A stretch of DNA of 64,000 nt from positions 1,413,705 to 1,477,704 of the forward strand of contig OZ252237.1 of assembly GCA_965249525.1 (NCBI GenBank), read 5' to 3'. The translations under genes and the position numbers were made by a program. The DNA comes from a bacterium (GTDB lineage Bacteria > SAR324 > JACQKK01). Below the pieces are notes generated by a model that saw only the letters and a list, made by a program, of their open reading frames with translations, had not been told where the DNA came from and did no database searches. Every line of letters starts with the position of its first letter. Positions within the stretch are counted from its first letter, which is position 1. Shown here one piece after another: positions 48,360 through 58,124 of this stretch.

Positions 48360-50665
48360 CCCTCCATAGCTTTGTTGCACCATTTACTTTTATCATGACC
48401 CCCTCTAAAATGCTCCTGCTGCCTTATTGCCTTATGAAATCTAACGCAGATTGTTCATCATTGCCTGATTCTGATTCATGGGCGTATCCGTCCTGGTATT
48501 GCTGGTGCATCAGCAACAAGCGTTGCCTGGCAGAACTGATTCCATGCTTGCTGGTTACAGCACTCATGCTGGCACTGCCAGCCCTGGTACAAGCACAAAG
48601 CGCTCTCAGCAAACCCTGGCAACTCTCTCCCTTGCCAGATTCCCAGACAATGGAAAGAAAAATGGAAAGAAAAAAGGCACCCCCCTTATCTTCCTCTCCA
48701 TCCCCCCTCACCGCAGAGAATAACCCCAATGGTAATTCTTCCTGCTTAAAGCTGCTGAAAATAGATGCCAACCAACCGCTCTCTGGCACCAGAGAGCCTG
48801 CCAGCACTCCCAAAAAACTACAGTGTGTCCTCAGCATACTGGAAAATACGCAAACACAGCCCAATTGGCTGCATCCTACTGTCCAAGAAGCACTCGCCAG
48901 AGATCTGCTGCGCAGGCCGCCAAAAACAGCATTCGCCCTGGAAGCACTATTTTATCTGCACCAAGCACTCTTCCGCCAAGGGAAGATTTTTGACCCCAGC
49001 CCCCTAGAAAAAGACCGCAATAGACAAAAGCTTCCGCTTTGGCAGCAAGAACGCTGGCTGTTGATGCGAGCAGAAATAGACGCACGCAAAGAAGCATTCA
49101 CCCAAGCTGCAAATTGGCTGCTGAAACTTCAAGAACTTCCCCTGCCTCAATCCCCAGCCATCCAAGAAACCATCCAACACCTGCTCAGTCAACTGGATGA
49201 CCCCCAAACCCTGGAAGCGTTTCTGGCAAACCACCCGCAATTATCATGGCTCAACAAACGAGCCCATAACCTGCGCACCCCCGTTTTACTCAATGCCGGC
49301 AAAACAGAAGAAGCCCAACAAGCGCTGCAAAACATAGAAAAGCGATCTGATCAAGATAAACAACTCGCAAAAAACTGGGCTCGCGAACTCCGCGAACTGC
49401 GCAAAGACATCCAAATTACCCGCATCGGTGTATTGCTCCCTTTTAGCAGCAACAGCCCCCAATTGCGTGAGTTCGCTGCACAACTGCTGGATGGCCTGCG
49501 CATGGCCGTTCAATCACATCCTCAACAACTCCCCTTGTTTGCCCCCAGTCAGCTCTCCTTCATACTGCCACAAGCAGCCAATCACACATTCTCCCAAGGA
49601 CAACCCCTCAACACATCACCTGCCATTGAACTGGTACTGCGCGACTCCGCCAACCAACCCCGCCAGGCATTCCGCTTCGTTAGCGAACTCGCCAGAAAAG
49701 AAAAAGTCATCGCCATCATCGGTCCACTGGCAAAAGTAGAATCCGAAGCAGCTGCCAAAGCTGCTGAAAGCGAAAAGGTGCCCCTGATCGCTTTCTCACC
49801 AACTATGGACATCCCTTCACATGCCGAATTTACCTTCCAAAACAGCCGCTCCACCATAGAAGAAGCCAAAAATCTAGCTGCCTTTGCCACAGAGTATCTG
49901 CAACTCAGACAATTCGCCGTGTTGTATCCAGAAACCACCCAAGGACGCCAAATGCGAGACATCTTCTGGCAAGAAATTTCCTCTCGTGGCGGCCGTATGG
50001 TGGCTGCAGGCAGTTTTCAAACCCTCAGCCAACTTGGCAAACACGCCGCCAGAAAAGGTCTGGGACTTAAAGAACACTTTGAAGCCTTCACCGGCTTCCA
50101 GCGTCCCTTAAATATTACCCAACAAAAACTGCTCAAGGATGCCGGAGATTCGCATCCCGACCCCATTGTGGATTTTGACGCTCTCTTCATCCCTATCGGT
50201 CCCAACGAGGTCAACGACCTGACGCAAATCGCCCGCTACCCGCAAACCGTGGACGCAGAAAATGTACAACTGCTGGGCAACCGCTTTTGGCACCATCCCA
50301 GAATGCTTTCCCTAGAAGGCGGCAGCTTACAAAATGCCATAATCGGGCACACCCTAGACCACAGCCAACAAAACCCCCGCTTCCAAGACTTTTTGCGTTT
50401 GCATCGCCTCATGTTCGGTCACCGTACCCAGTACCAAGCACCCCGCTACTACACCATCACCGCTTACGATACCTTCCGCCATCTACAAGCCTTCTTGGCT
50501 TCCCCGCGCAACCACTCACGATGGCAACTCTCACAAGCCTTGAAAAGCAACCGCGCCTTTCGGGGCGTTGCTGGCTGGATACGATACCAACCCTCCGGCA
50601 AAGCCCAAAGACAAACCTTCTTCCTCAAAATCCAACAAGGCTTTTGGCAGCGCATACTGCCTTAA
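48356..50665 (+). CDS. LpoA-like protein: helical/TPR-like N-region plus type I periplasmic-binding-protein-like C-domain
   Basis: 769 aa. C-terminal half resembles Leu/Ile/Val-binding PBP fold (VIAIIGPLAKVESEAAAKAAESEKVPLIAFSP...). N-terminal start uncertain. Confidence 0.45.
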   Translation: MTLHSFVAPFTFIMTPSKMLLLPYCLMKSNADCSSLPDSDSWAYPSWYCWCISNKRCLAELIPCLLVTALMLALPALVQAQSALSKPWQLSPLPDSQTMERKMERKKAPPLSSSPSPLTAENNPNGNSSCLKLLKIDANQPLSGTREPASTPKKLQCVLSILENTQTQPNWLHPTVQEALARDLLRRPPKTAFALEALFYLHQALFRQGKIFDPSPLEKDRNRQKLPLWQQERWLLMRAEIDARKEAFTQAANWLLKLQELPLPQSPAIQETIQHLLSQLDDPQTLEAFLANHPQLSWLNKRAHNLRTPVLLNAGKTEEAQQALQNIEKRSDQDKQLAKNWARELRELRKDIQITRIGVLLPFSSNSPQLREFAAQLLDGLRMAVQSHPQQLPLFAPSQLSFILPQAANHTFSQGQPLNTSPAIELVLRDSANQPRQAFRFVSELARKEKVIAIIGPLAKVESEAAAKAAESEKVPLIAFSPTMDIPSHAEFTFQNSRSTIEEAKNLAAFATEYLQLRQFAVLYPETTQGRQMRDIFWQEISSRGGRMVAAGSFQTLSQLGKHAARKGLGLKEHFEAFTGFQRPLNITQQKLLKDAGDSHPDPIVDFDALFIPIGPNEVNDLTQIARYPQTVDAENVQLLGNRFWHHPRMLSLEGGSLQNAIIGHTLDHSQQNPRFQDFLRLHRLMFGHRTQYQAPRYYTITAYDTFRHLQAFLASPRNHSRWQLSQALKSNRAFRGVAGWIRYQPSGKAQRQTFFLKIQQGFWQRILP

Positions 50666-50678
50666 CTCCCTGTTAGCG

Positions 50679-50727
50679 TACAAAGTTAGAGTACAAAGTT
50701 AGAGTACAAAGTTAGAGTACAAAGTTG
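50679..50727. repeat. 13-bp tandem repeat x4 (AGAGTACAAAGTT) abutting the 3' end of tRNA-Gln
   Basis: Read directly. Confidence 0.9.
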
Positions 50728-50796
50728 GGGCGGCAGGGATCGAACCTGCGTATGTCGGGATCAAAACCCGATGCCTTACCACTTGGCTACGCCCCA
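50725..50796 (-). tRNA. tRNA-Gln (anticodon TTG)
   Basis: Reverse complement TGGGGCGTAGCCAAGTGGTAAGGCATCGGGTTTTGATCCCGACATACGCAGGTTCGATCCCTGCCGCCCCA is close to E. coli tRNA-Gln. Anticodon loop TTTTGAT. Confidence 0.8.
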
Positions 50797-50896
50797 TTGA
50801 AATGTCTCGCACTGTCATTAGCTTAGCTGTGCTGGCGATTGCAAAACCATCGCCTGCGAGGACATTATCAGGCAATGTAGAAAAGAACAGGGAAGC

Positions 50897-52627
50897 TTGT
50901 CAAGCTATCAGTTGATCACAGCTGATTCTGCCACAACGGGATGGATAGTGATGCGTTATGATTTGCATAGCTTTTTGCTTTATCAAAACAATTCAAGCAG
51001 AATAGGGGTTATGAAAGCTGTATCTACAAAAGGCTACCATTTGTCTTTGGAAGCTATTGCCAAGCACTCCCTGGTGTCTCGAGCAAAGTACGCAGATGGG
51101 GAATGTACTTTGCAAATGCTGCATGTGGATTCTCGGGAAGTGACTGCTGGGAGTGGTTTTTTTGCTTTACAAGGGATGCGTCAGGATGGTCGCAGGTATG
51201 CAGCAGAGGCATTACAGCGCGGAGCATCTGCCCTGTTTTTAGAAGATGAAGAAAGTTACCAACGCTGGCTGCCACAGTTGGGAAAGCTCCAAGGTATTTT
51301 CCTCACCCCACACCCCAGGCGCGCTTTGGCTGCCTTGTCTGCCGAACTCTTTCAGCATCCCTCAAAAAAATTAAAGCTCTTGGGCGTGGTAGGCACCAAT
51401 GGCAAAACCAGTGTCACCTATTTTCTCAGCCATATGCTGACAGCTATGAAAAAACCCTGCGGGGTGGTAGGCACACTAGGGCTGCATGGCCCCTCGTTAA
51501 GCGACAACCCCTCCACCCCAGCTATAGACGCCCCCAACACCTCATCACTGCTTCCCCCTCAACTGACCACCCCTGAAGCACCCCATGCCCAAAGCTTTCT
51601 GGCAGACCTGCTGAGGGAGCATTTCCCCTACGCTGCCATGGAAGTGAGTTCCATCGGCTGGGAACAGCATCGCTGCGACGGACTGAGCTTCGCTGCACTG
51701 GCTTTTACCAATTTGGGAAGAGATCATTTGGATTGGCACGGCAGCATGGAAGCCTACCAACAAGCCAAATTTGCCCCATTCTTGTCTACAGACGCACCAG
51801 CAGTGGTGAATATCGCTGATGCTGCTGGTCAACAGCTGTGCCAAAAGCTCTCAGGCCGCAATATCATCAGCTGGGGCCATGCAGAGGCATCGCTTTCTGT
51901 GGCAAACATGCAGCAAACCTCTTCAGGACATCAGCAGGGCTTGCTTTGTTTCCAAGGTCAAGAAGTGCCATTTTGCTTTCCCCTGCCAGGACAATTTCAA
52001 CTGGAAAACTTTATTGCCACAGCAGGACTGCTGCTGGCTATGGGGGAACCCCTGACAGAAATCGCCCAGGCTGCCCAACACTGCAAGAGCATCCCAGGGC
52101 GCATGCAGCCCATTGCACTGGGTCAGCCATTTGAAGTACTGATAGATTACGCCCATACCCCTGATGCCTTGCAAATTCTGCTGCGCGACACCCGCCCCCT
52201 GGTAAAGCCAGGCGGACAACTGCGACTGCTGTTCGGCTGTGGAGGCGACCGCGACCACGAAAAGCGCCCCCTCATGGGCTCCATTGCTCGTCAAGGTGCA
52301 GACGATATCCTGCTCACCTCAGACAACCCCCGCAGCGAAGACCCCGAACTGATCCTGGCGCAAATCGCACAAGGACTGCAAAACTCTAACGCAGAACACA
52401 TCGTTGACCGCAAAACCGCCATTGCTCGTATCTTAGAACGCGCACGCCCTGGCGATGTGGTACTCATCGCAGGAAAAGGACACGAAACCTTCCAAGAAAT
52501 CAATCACCAACGAAAACCCCTCTCCGATGTCCTCATCGCCCAACAATGGCTGCAGCAGCATGCCGTTGACTCCAATCCTCCCCCCACCATGCAAGAAGCC
52601 CCCCTGCCCTCAGCCGAGCATTCTTAA
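50897..52627 (+). CDS. murE: UDP-N-acetylmuramoyl-L-alanyl-D-glutamate--2,6-diaminopimelate ligase
   Basis: Mur ligase P-loop VVGTNGKTSVT and MurE-type DYAHTPDAL. True start is likely a later Met (MKAVSTKGY). Confidence 0.8.
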   Translation: MSSYQLITADSATTGWIVMRYDLHSFLLYQNNSSRIGVMKAVSTKGYHLSLEAIAKHSLVSRAKYADGECTLQMLHVDSREVTAGSGFFALQGMRQDGRRYAAEALQRGASALFLEDEESYQRWLPQLGKLQGIFLTPHPRRALAALSAELFQHPSKKLKLLGVVGTNGKTSVTYFLSHMLTAMKKPCGVVGTLGLHGPSLSDNPSTPAIDAPNTSSLLPPQLTTPEAPHAQSFLADLLREHFPYAAMEVSSIGWEQHRCDGLSFAALAFTNLGRDHLDWHGSMEAYQQAKFAPFLSTDAPAVVNIADAAGQQLCQKLSGRNIISWGHAEASLSVANMQQTSSGHQQGLLCFQGQEVPFCFPLPGQFQLENFIATAGLLLAMGEPLTEIAQAAQHCKSIPGRMQPIALGQPFEVLIDYAHTPDALQILLRDTRPLVKPGGQLRLLFGCGGDRDHEKRPLMGSIARQGADDILLTSDNPRSEDPELILAQIAQGLQNSNAEHIVDRKTAIARILERARPGDVVLIAGKGHETFQEINHQRKPLSDVLIAQQWLQQHAVDSNPPPTMQEAPLPSAEHS

Positions 52628-52688
52628 CATATTTTTTTCCCCGCCTCCTTCACTGGCTTCCTCCCCTCTTATAGAAAGACGGCTCGCC

Positions 52689-53780
52689 ATGCAACTGCTT
52701 CCACTAGATGCCGAACACCGCAGCCTCGGTGCAAAAATGGGCGAATTCGCAGGCTACCAAATGCCTCTTTACTACTCTCAGCCCATCGCTGAACACCAAG
52801 CCGTTCGCCAGCAAGGCGGGCTGTTTGATATCTCGCACATGGGACAATTCCGCTTCCAAGGAGAACACTGCCAAAACCTCTTGCAGCACGCCCTCACCAA
52901 TGACGTCAGCATCATGCAAGATGGCCAAGCACTCTACTCCCCCATGTGCCGCCAAGATGGAGGCGTGCTGGATGACCTTATCGTTTACCGCCAAAACCCC
53001 ACCACCTGGCGCATGATCGTCAATGGTGCAACCCGCAGCAAAGATTTCCAATGGCTGGAAAAACTGGCATCAGACCATCAAGTACAAATAGAAGATGTCT
53101 CCCCCCATCACTGCTTATTTGCCGTTCAAGGTCCCGCTGTCATGGAAAAACTTGCCCCCCATTGCAGCCAGTCACCGAAACAACTCGCCTACTACACCTG
53201 GATGGATGCCTCCGTGTTTGATATTCCCGTCTTCGTTGCACGCACCGGCTACACCGGCGAGCCAGGCGTAGAAATCTCTGTCCCCAAAGCCCAAGCTGTG
53301 ACACTTTGGCAAAAACTCACCCAACAGCTGGGCATTCAACCCATCGGGCTAGCTGCACGCGACACCCTCCGCCTGGAAGCTGCCATGGCACTCTACGGAC
53401 ACGAACTCTCCGAAGACTGGCATCCCCTAGAATGCGGTATCAGCTGGGCTGTGAAACTAGACAAAGCTGAAGACTTCATCGGAAAACAAACCTTGCTCAA
53501 ACATCGCCAAGAAAATACCCATGACCGCTCCGTCGCCCTGGAACTCACCGAACGCGGCATCGCCAGAGAGCAGTGCAGCGTCCTCCAACAAGGACAACCA
53601 GTAGGCATCGTAACCTCCGGCTCCCTCTCTCCCACCGTAGGTAAATCTATCGCCCTAGCCAAAGTACAAAGAACCGCAGCCAAACAAGGCACCCAGCTGG
53701 CAGTAGAAATCCGCGGCAAACCAATCGCCGCCGTAGTTGTCAAAAAACCCTTTTACCAAAACCCCTCCATCAGAAGCTAA
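52689..53780 (+). CDS. gcvT: aminomethyltransferase (glycine cleavage T protein)
   Basis: Start MQLLPLDAEHRSLGAKMGEFAGYQMPLYY. GcvT-typical layout. Reading-frame coupled just after murE. Confidence 0.85.
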   Translation: MQLLPLDAEHRSLGAKMGEFAGYQMPLYYSQPIAEHQAVRQQGGLFDISHMGQFRFQGEHCQNLLQHALTNDVSIMQDGQALYSPMCRQDGGVLDDLIVYRQNPTTWRMIVNGATRSKDFQWLEKLASDHQVQIEDVSPHHCLFAVQGPAVMEKLAPHCSQSPKQLAYYTWMDASVFDIPVFVARTGYTGEPGVEISVPKAQAVTLWQKLTQQLGIQPIGLAARDTLRLEAAMALYGHELSEDWHPLECGISWAVKLDKAEDFIGKQTLLKHRQENTHDRSVALELTERGIAREQCSVLQQGQPVGIVTSGSLSPTVGKSIALAKVQRTAAKQGTQLAVEIRGKPIAAVVVKKPFYQNPSIRS

Positions 53781-53854
53781 CTTTTGCAGGGGGAATTGGC
53801 TCTCCCCACCTTAAAAAGAACTCCTTTTGATATTGAGAAACCGAGTATAGAGAC

Positions 53855-54649
53855 ATGCCCCAGGCAAGGAAGCAGGAGCAGCAGCGATCCTCTGTATTCA
53901 GTGCAGAGCGTGAACTGGTTACGCCCCATCCTCAGCTGCCCAGCAGGCTGAAGCTGAATAAGCCCTTACAAATGGATGGCAGGGAGTTATTGAAAGATCT
54001 GCCAGCAGACTGCATCACCGCAGTTTTTTTTGACCCCCAGTACCGAGGCATCTTGGACAAAATGCAGTACGGCAATGAGGGACAGCAGCGGGAAAAAGCC
54101 CGTTGTGCTTTAAGGCAAATGAGGAGCGATGATATTATTCAATTTATTCAGGGGATTGAAGCCGTGTTGATTCCCAGTGGACATTTGTTCTTGTGGATAG
54201 ACAAGTTTCATCTCTGTCAGGGGTCGGTTAAGAACTGGATTGAGAAAACCAGCCTGGGGATTGTTGATTTAATTACCTGGGACAAAGGAAGAATAGGCAT
54301 GGGCTACAGAACCCGCAGAAAGAGTGAGTACTTGGTTGTTCTGCAAAAAAGACCGCTGCGGGCAAAGGGGGTTTGGAGTGTACACAATATCCCAGATGTA
54401 CATGAAGAAATCCCAGAAGTGTGGAAAGAAATCCCAGAAATATGGGAAGAAGTCCTAGAAGTATGGGAAGAAAAAGTGAAGCGCAATGGATACCCGCATA
54501 ATAAGCCGATTGGTTTACAAACCAAGTTAATAGAAGCTGTATCCAATCCTAAAGATATTATCGTTGATCCAGCAGCTGGAAGCTTTTCTGTAATGGAAGC
54601 TTGTCGCCAATCTCAGCGCAATTTTCTTGGCTGCGATATACAGGTTTAG
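53855..54649 (+). CDS. solitary beta-class N6-adenine/N4-cytosine DNA methyltransferase
   Basis: 264 aa. Motif IV DPQY (DPPY-like) precedes motif I VDPAAGSFS. The gene carries an internal 21-bp x3 in-frame repeat (EIPEVWKEIPEIWEEVLEVWEE). Confidence 0.65.
   Translation: MPQARKQEQQRSSVFSAERELVTPHPQLPSRLKLNKPLQMDGRELLKDLPADCITAVFFDPQYRGILDKMQYGNEGQQREKARCALRQMRSDDIIQFIQGIEAVLIPSGHLFLWIDKFHLCQGSVKNWIEKTSLGIVDLITWDKGRIGMGYRTRRKSEYLVVLQKRPLRAKGVWSVHNIPDVHEEIPEVWKEIPEIWEEVLEVWEEKVKRNGYPHNKPIGLQTKLIEAVSNPKDIIVDPAAGSFSVMEACRQSQRNFLGCDIQV
54404..54472. repeat. intragenic 21-bp tandem repeat x3 within the DNA methyltransferase gene
   Basis: GAAGAAATCCCAGAAGTGTGG / AAAGAAATCCCAGAAATATGG / GAAGAAGTCCTAGAAGTATGG, read directly. 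Confidence 0.85.
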
Positions 54650-54719
54650 CTATTTTGATTGGCGGGCAAGCCTTCAAGTCAAGCGCAATTTTCTGGGTGC
54701 TGATTTGAACGGCTAAGGG

Positions 54720-55982
54720 CTAGTCGTTTTCTAGTTCTACAAACTGTGTCAGCAATTCTTCATAACGCTGGCGGCGGCGGATAAGTTTGGATTGTCCTTG
54801 ATGTACAAACACTTCTGCTGGCAGCGGGCGCAGATTGTAGTTGCTGCTAAGGGATATACTATAGGCTCCGCAGTCCAAGATGGCTAGGATATCTCCCACT
54901 TTGGCTTGGGTGAGGGAGTGGTTGGTAATCCCTTGGGTGTCTTGGGTGAAGACATCGCCTGATTCGCACAAATTGCCCGCAACAGCTACCTGAATCGCCT
55001 CACCCTCCATGCGAGAAGCATTGACAATCTCATGATAGGCGCCATACAGCACGGGGCGCATCAAATGCCCAAAGCCACTATTGACGCCCACAAAGGTGTG
55101 GGCTGGAGTAGATGAAATGCTGGTAACACTGACCAGCAAGACTCCTGCCTGGGCTGTGATTAAGCGTCCTGGTTCAATTTTCATGCGCAAGGGACGACCA
55201 TACTGGGCAGAAAAGGTGTTAAAGCGCTCACACATTTTCAGGCCCAGTTCTTTTATCGGCAGGTTTTCTTCTTCTGGACGATAGGGGATGCCAAAGCCGC
55301 CGCCGAAATCCACAAAGTCTAATTCTGGAAAATCGGCATACTTTAAAGTGAGTTCCATAGCCCCTAGCATATCTTCTGGATTGAGAATGCCTGTCCCGAT
55401 GTGACAATGCAGACATTTCACCCGCAAATTGTACTGCCTGAGGATCTCGCGTGCCTGGGGAAGCTGGTTGTGATAAATGCCAAATTTTGACTGGGGTCCA
55501 CCGGTAATCACATGGGGATGATGTCCGCTGCCGACATCTGGATTCACGCGAATGCCCACACTGGAATCGGGCTTGAGTTGTCCCAAAGCATGAAGTTCAT
55601 CTAGAGAACCAGCGTTGACCAGCACTCCTTGCGAGATCACCCACTGTAATTCTTCAGCTGTACAATTGCTGCCCGTGAACAATACTTGCTCGGGCAGAAA
55701 GCCGCAGTCCAGTGCCAAACGCACTTCAAAAGGAGAAACTGCATCCGCCCCCATGCCTTCATGGTGCAGCAGTTTTAAGATGGCAGGATTGGAGTTGGCT
55801 TTCAGTGCGTAATGCACATCACAAGGGGCTTGGGCAAAACATTTTTTCAAGGTGCGACATTGGCTGCGCAGCACCTCTTCTTCGTATACATATAAAGGGG
55901 TACCAAATGCTTCTGCCAATGCCTGCACGCAGCATCCGCCCAGATACAACCCATTGTTTTTAACTTCCATGCAGCAAAACAA
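54720..55982 (-). CDS. lysA: diaminopimelate decarboxylase
   Basis: PLP-dependent fold III decarboxylase. N-terminus GTPLYVYEE, motifs YALKAN, GGGFGIPY, CESGD. Confidence 0.85.
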   Translation of the reverse strand: MFCCMEVKNNGLYLGGCCVQALAEAFGTPLYVYEEEVLRSQCRTLKKCFAQAPCDVHYALKANSNPAILKLLHHEGMGADAVSPFEVRLALDCGFLPEQVLFTGSNCTAEELQWVISQGVLVNAGSLDELHALGQLKPDSSVGIRVNPDVGSGHHPHVITGGPQSKFGIYHNQLPQAREILRQYNLRVKCLHCHIGTGILNPEDMLGAMELTLKYADFPELDFVDFGGGFGIPYRPEEENLPIKELGLKMCERFNTFSAQYGRPLRMKIEPGRLITAQAGVLLVSVTSISSTPAHTFVGVNSGFGHLMRPVLYGAYHEIVNASRMEGEAIQVAVAGNLCESGDVFTQDTQGITNHSLTQAKVGDILAILDCGAYSISLSSNYNLRPLPAEVFVHQGQSKLIRRRQRYEELLTQFVELEND

Positions 55983-56149
55983 ATAAGATCAATAAAACAA
56001 GACTGCTTCTATGAAGCCCTTTCACAATACGCCAAGGCACAGACGGTATGCAATCAAACCCACTTTATCCTCCCTCCAGCATACCCCATTTCCCAAAAAG
56101 ATAAATTGGCGTGGGCATTGCACACCCAAACATCAGCAAATGAAACCAG

Positions 56150-56217
56150 GCGAAACAAGGTAAAACCAGGTGAAACAAGATAAAACCAGGCGAAACAAGA
56201 TAAAACCAGGCGAAACC
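56150..56217. repeat. 19-bp tandem repeat x3.5 (AAACCAGGCGAAACAAGAT) immediately upstream of the lipoprotein start
   Basis: Read directly. Confidence 0.9.
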
Positions 56218-56928
56218 ATGATGCACACCACCTCTCACATGAAAATAAAGGGACATTTGGCAGCATCTAGACTGCCCCGCCAAGTCCCAAAGACTGTCAC
56301 ATTGCTCGCCACCACCCTGCTGGCAGCAGGGCTGATACTGGGCTGCACCCCCTCTAATAAACAAACCTCCGTCAGCACTGCCAAAGACAGCACCGTCAGC
56401 CAAATACCAGAAAACATAGAGGATAATCCCACATCGGATGCAGAATCTCCTGATCTCATCCAAGGTGTATTTGGAACAATTGGCGAACCCCCTGACCTCT
56501 CCAAGACAGATCTCCCTGAGATACTCAAACAACCTTCACAGCCCATCGCCTCTTCTGCTGTCCCAGGCATAGATGACCCCGCACTGGCACAGCTTCCCCC
56601 TTTGCGTATCGCCATTGCAGGACCGGCAGACCAAGAAATTCTTAGAATACAAAACTGGCGGCAATTAGAAGCACAAGCGCACGCAGCTATTTACCGCACC
56701 ACAGGTCGCTCCTTGCAGATAGTACACCTGTCTACCGAAATCCACTTCAAAAAATTTACCGAAATCACCTTCCGTCGTGATGAACACCTGCAACAAGCCT
56801 TTGTCCTGGCACAAGCCCTGCCCAATGCCCAACTGGTGCGTCGCATGACCCCCAGTGAAAGCCAACGTTCCCAAGTAGACCTGATGGTACTCCTAGCACC
56901 AGTAGCCACCCAACAACCCTCCCCATAG
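56218..56928 (+). CDS. hypothetical lipoprotein
   Basis: Signal peptide with lipobox LILGCTP. Start placed at MMHTTSHMKIKG, after the upstream 19-bp repeat tract. Confidence 0.4.
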   Translation: MMHTTSHMKIKGHLAASRLPRQVPKTVTLLATTLLAAGLILGCTPSNKQTSVSTAKDSTVSQIPENIEDNPTSDAESPDLIQGVFGTIGEPPDLSKTDLPEILKQPSQPIASSAVPGIDDPALAQLPPLRIAIAGPADQEILRIQNWRQLEAQAHAAIYRTTGRSLQIVHLSTEIHFKKFTEITFRRDEHLQQAFVLAQALPNAQLVRRMTPSESQRSQVDLMVLLAPVATQQPSP

Positions 56929-56955
56929 CCTTGATGCAGCCCTTGAGACCCCTGC

Positions 56956-57861
56956 CTAGGAGACATCTCCCGCAGCAATGGGGGCGGGCAAGGGAGAAAC
57001 GCTGTTTTTTAGCAGTGACTGCACGAATTGGATGGGTTTAACCTGATTCAAGGCATACAAATGAATGCCTGCTACTCCTTCAGCCAACAACTGTTCAGTT
57101 TGCCGGTGCAGGTATTCCAAGCCAAATGCTTCAGAATCCTGGGGTCGGTCTTGGAAACGCTCCAAGCCTGCCCTTAACTTCGGCATAATCTCTACCTTGC
57201 CCAAGCTGGCAAAGCGTTGTACTTGACTGAGCGAAAAAATAGGCAGCAAACCTGCCGCCACAGGCACCCGAACCCCGCTTTTGTAAAGATCATCCCGCCA
57301 ACGGAAGAAATAGTCATTTTGGGTGAAAAATTGCGAGATGATAAAATTTGCCCCTACACGAATTTTGGCAACTTGGTGCTTGAGACTGGTTTGGTAGTCG
57401 GGAGATTCCGCATGGCCTTCTGGATAGCCTGCTACACCGATAGATGCATCTTCATTTTGTGAACGAATCAGACGGACCAAATCTGAGGCATAGGGGAAAT
57501 GTTCTTGGGGAGAGAAATTGGCATCATCCGTGGGGATGTCTCCACGCAAAGCCATATAGTTGCTGATGCCTGCCTTGTCCAATTTGCGCAGCCAGCCGGG
57601 CATCCAAAAACGGCTTTGGGAAACACAAGTAACATGCGCCATAGAACGCTGCCCCAAAGCCAAAAGGACTGCACAAATTTCCAGATTGGAGTAATTCCCA
57701 CTAGCACCCGCACCACAGGTGACACTAATGAAATCTGGCTTGAAATCAACAATACCAGCCAGATTTTGCTTCAGCAGTGCCTGGCCGCGGGGAGTTTTGG
57801 GAGGGTACAACTCCACAGAAAAGACGCATCGCCCTGGCTGAAATAATTGATGAATGCCCAT
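56956..57861 (-). CDS. metF: 5,10-methylenetetrahydrofolate reductase
   Basis: Start MGIHQLF...VELYPPKTP. MTHFR motifs ISVTCGAGAS and HVTCV. Confidence 0.85.
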   Translation of the reverse strand: MGIHQLFQPGRCVFSVELYPPKTPRGQALLKQNLAGIVDFKPDFISVTCGAGASGNYSNLEICAVLLALGQRSMAHVTCVSQSRFWMPGWLRKLDKAGISNYMALRGDIPTDDANFSPQEHFPYASDLVRLIRSQNEDASIGVAGYPEGHAESPDYQTSLKHQVAKIRVGANFIISQFFTQNDYFFRWRDDLYKSGVRVPVAAGLLPIFSLSQVQRFASLGKVEIMPKLRAGLERFQDRPQDSEAFGLEYLHRQTEQLLAEGVAGIHLYALNQVKPIQFVQSLLKNSVSPLPAPIAAGDVS

Positions 57862-58124
57862 GAGATGCTGATTAGAGATGCTGATTGGAGGTGTCTTAAT
57901 AAAGAAATGAAACGAATAAGCACAATGAACAGGCAAGATCTGATGACAGCAGAAGTGCCTTAGCGAGACAGCAATGATGGTGAATCAAAAGCGATACAAG
58001 AGTTTAACAACAAGTGAGTATATGTGCATATATTGATATATTAAAGTTGATAATAGCAACGGGGCAGCCTGAACGCAAGAGAGAATGACTGTCTATTGTA
58101 GGAAATATGGGCAGGCAGGAGATT

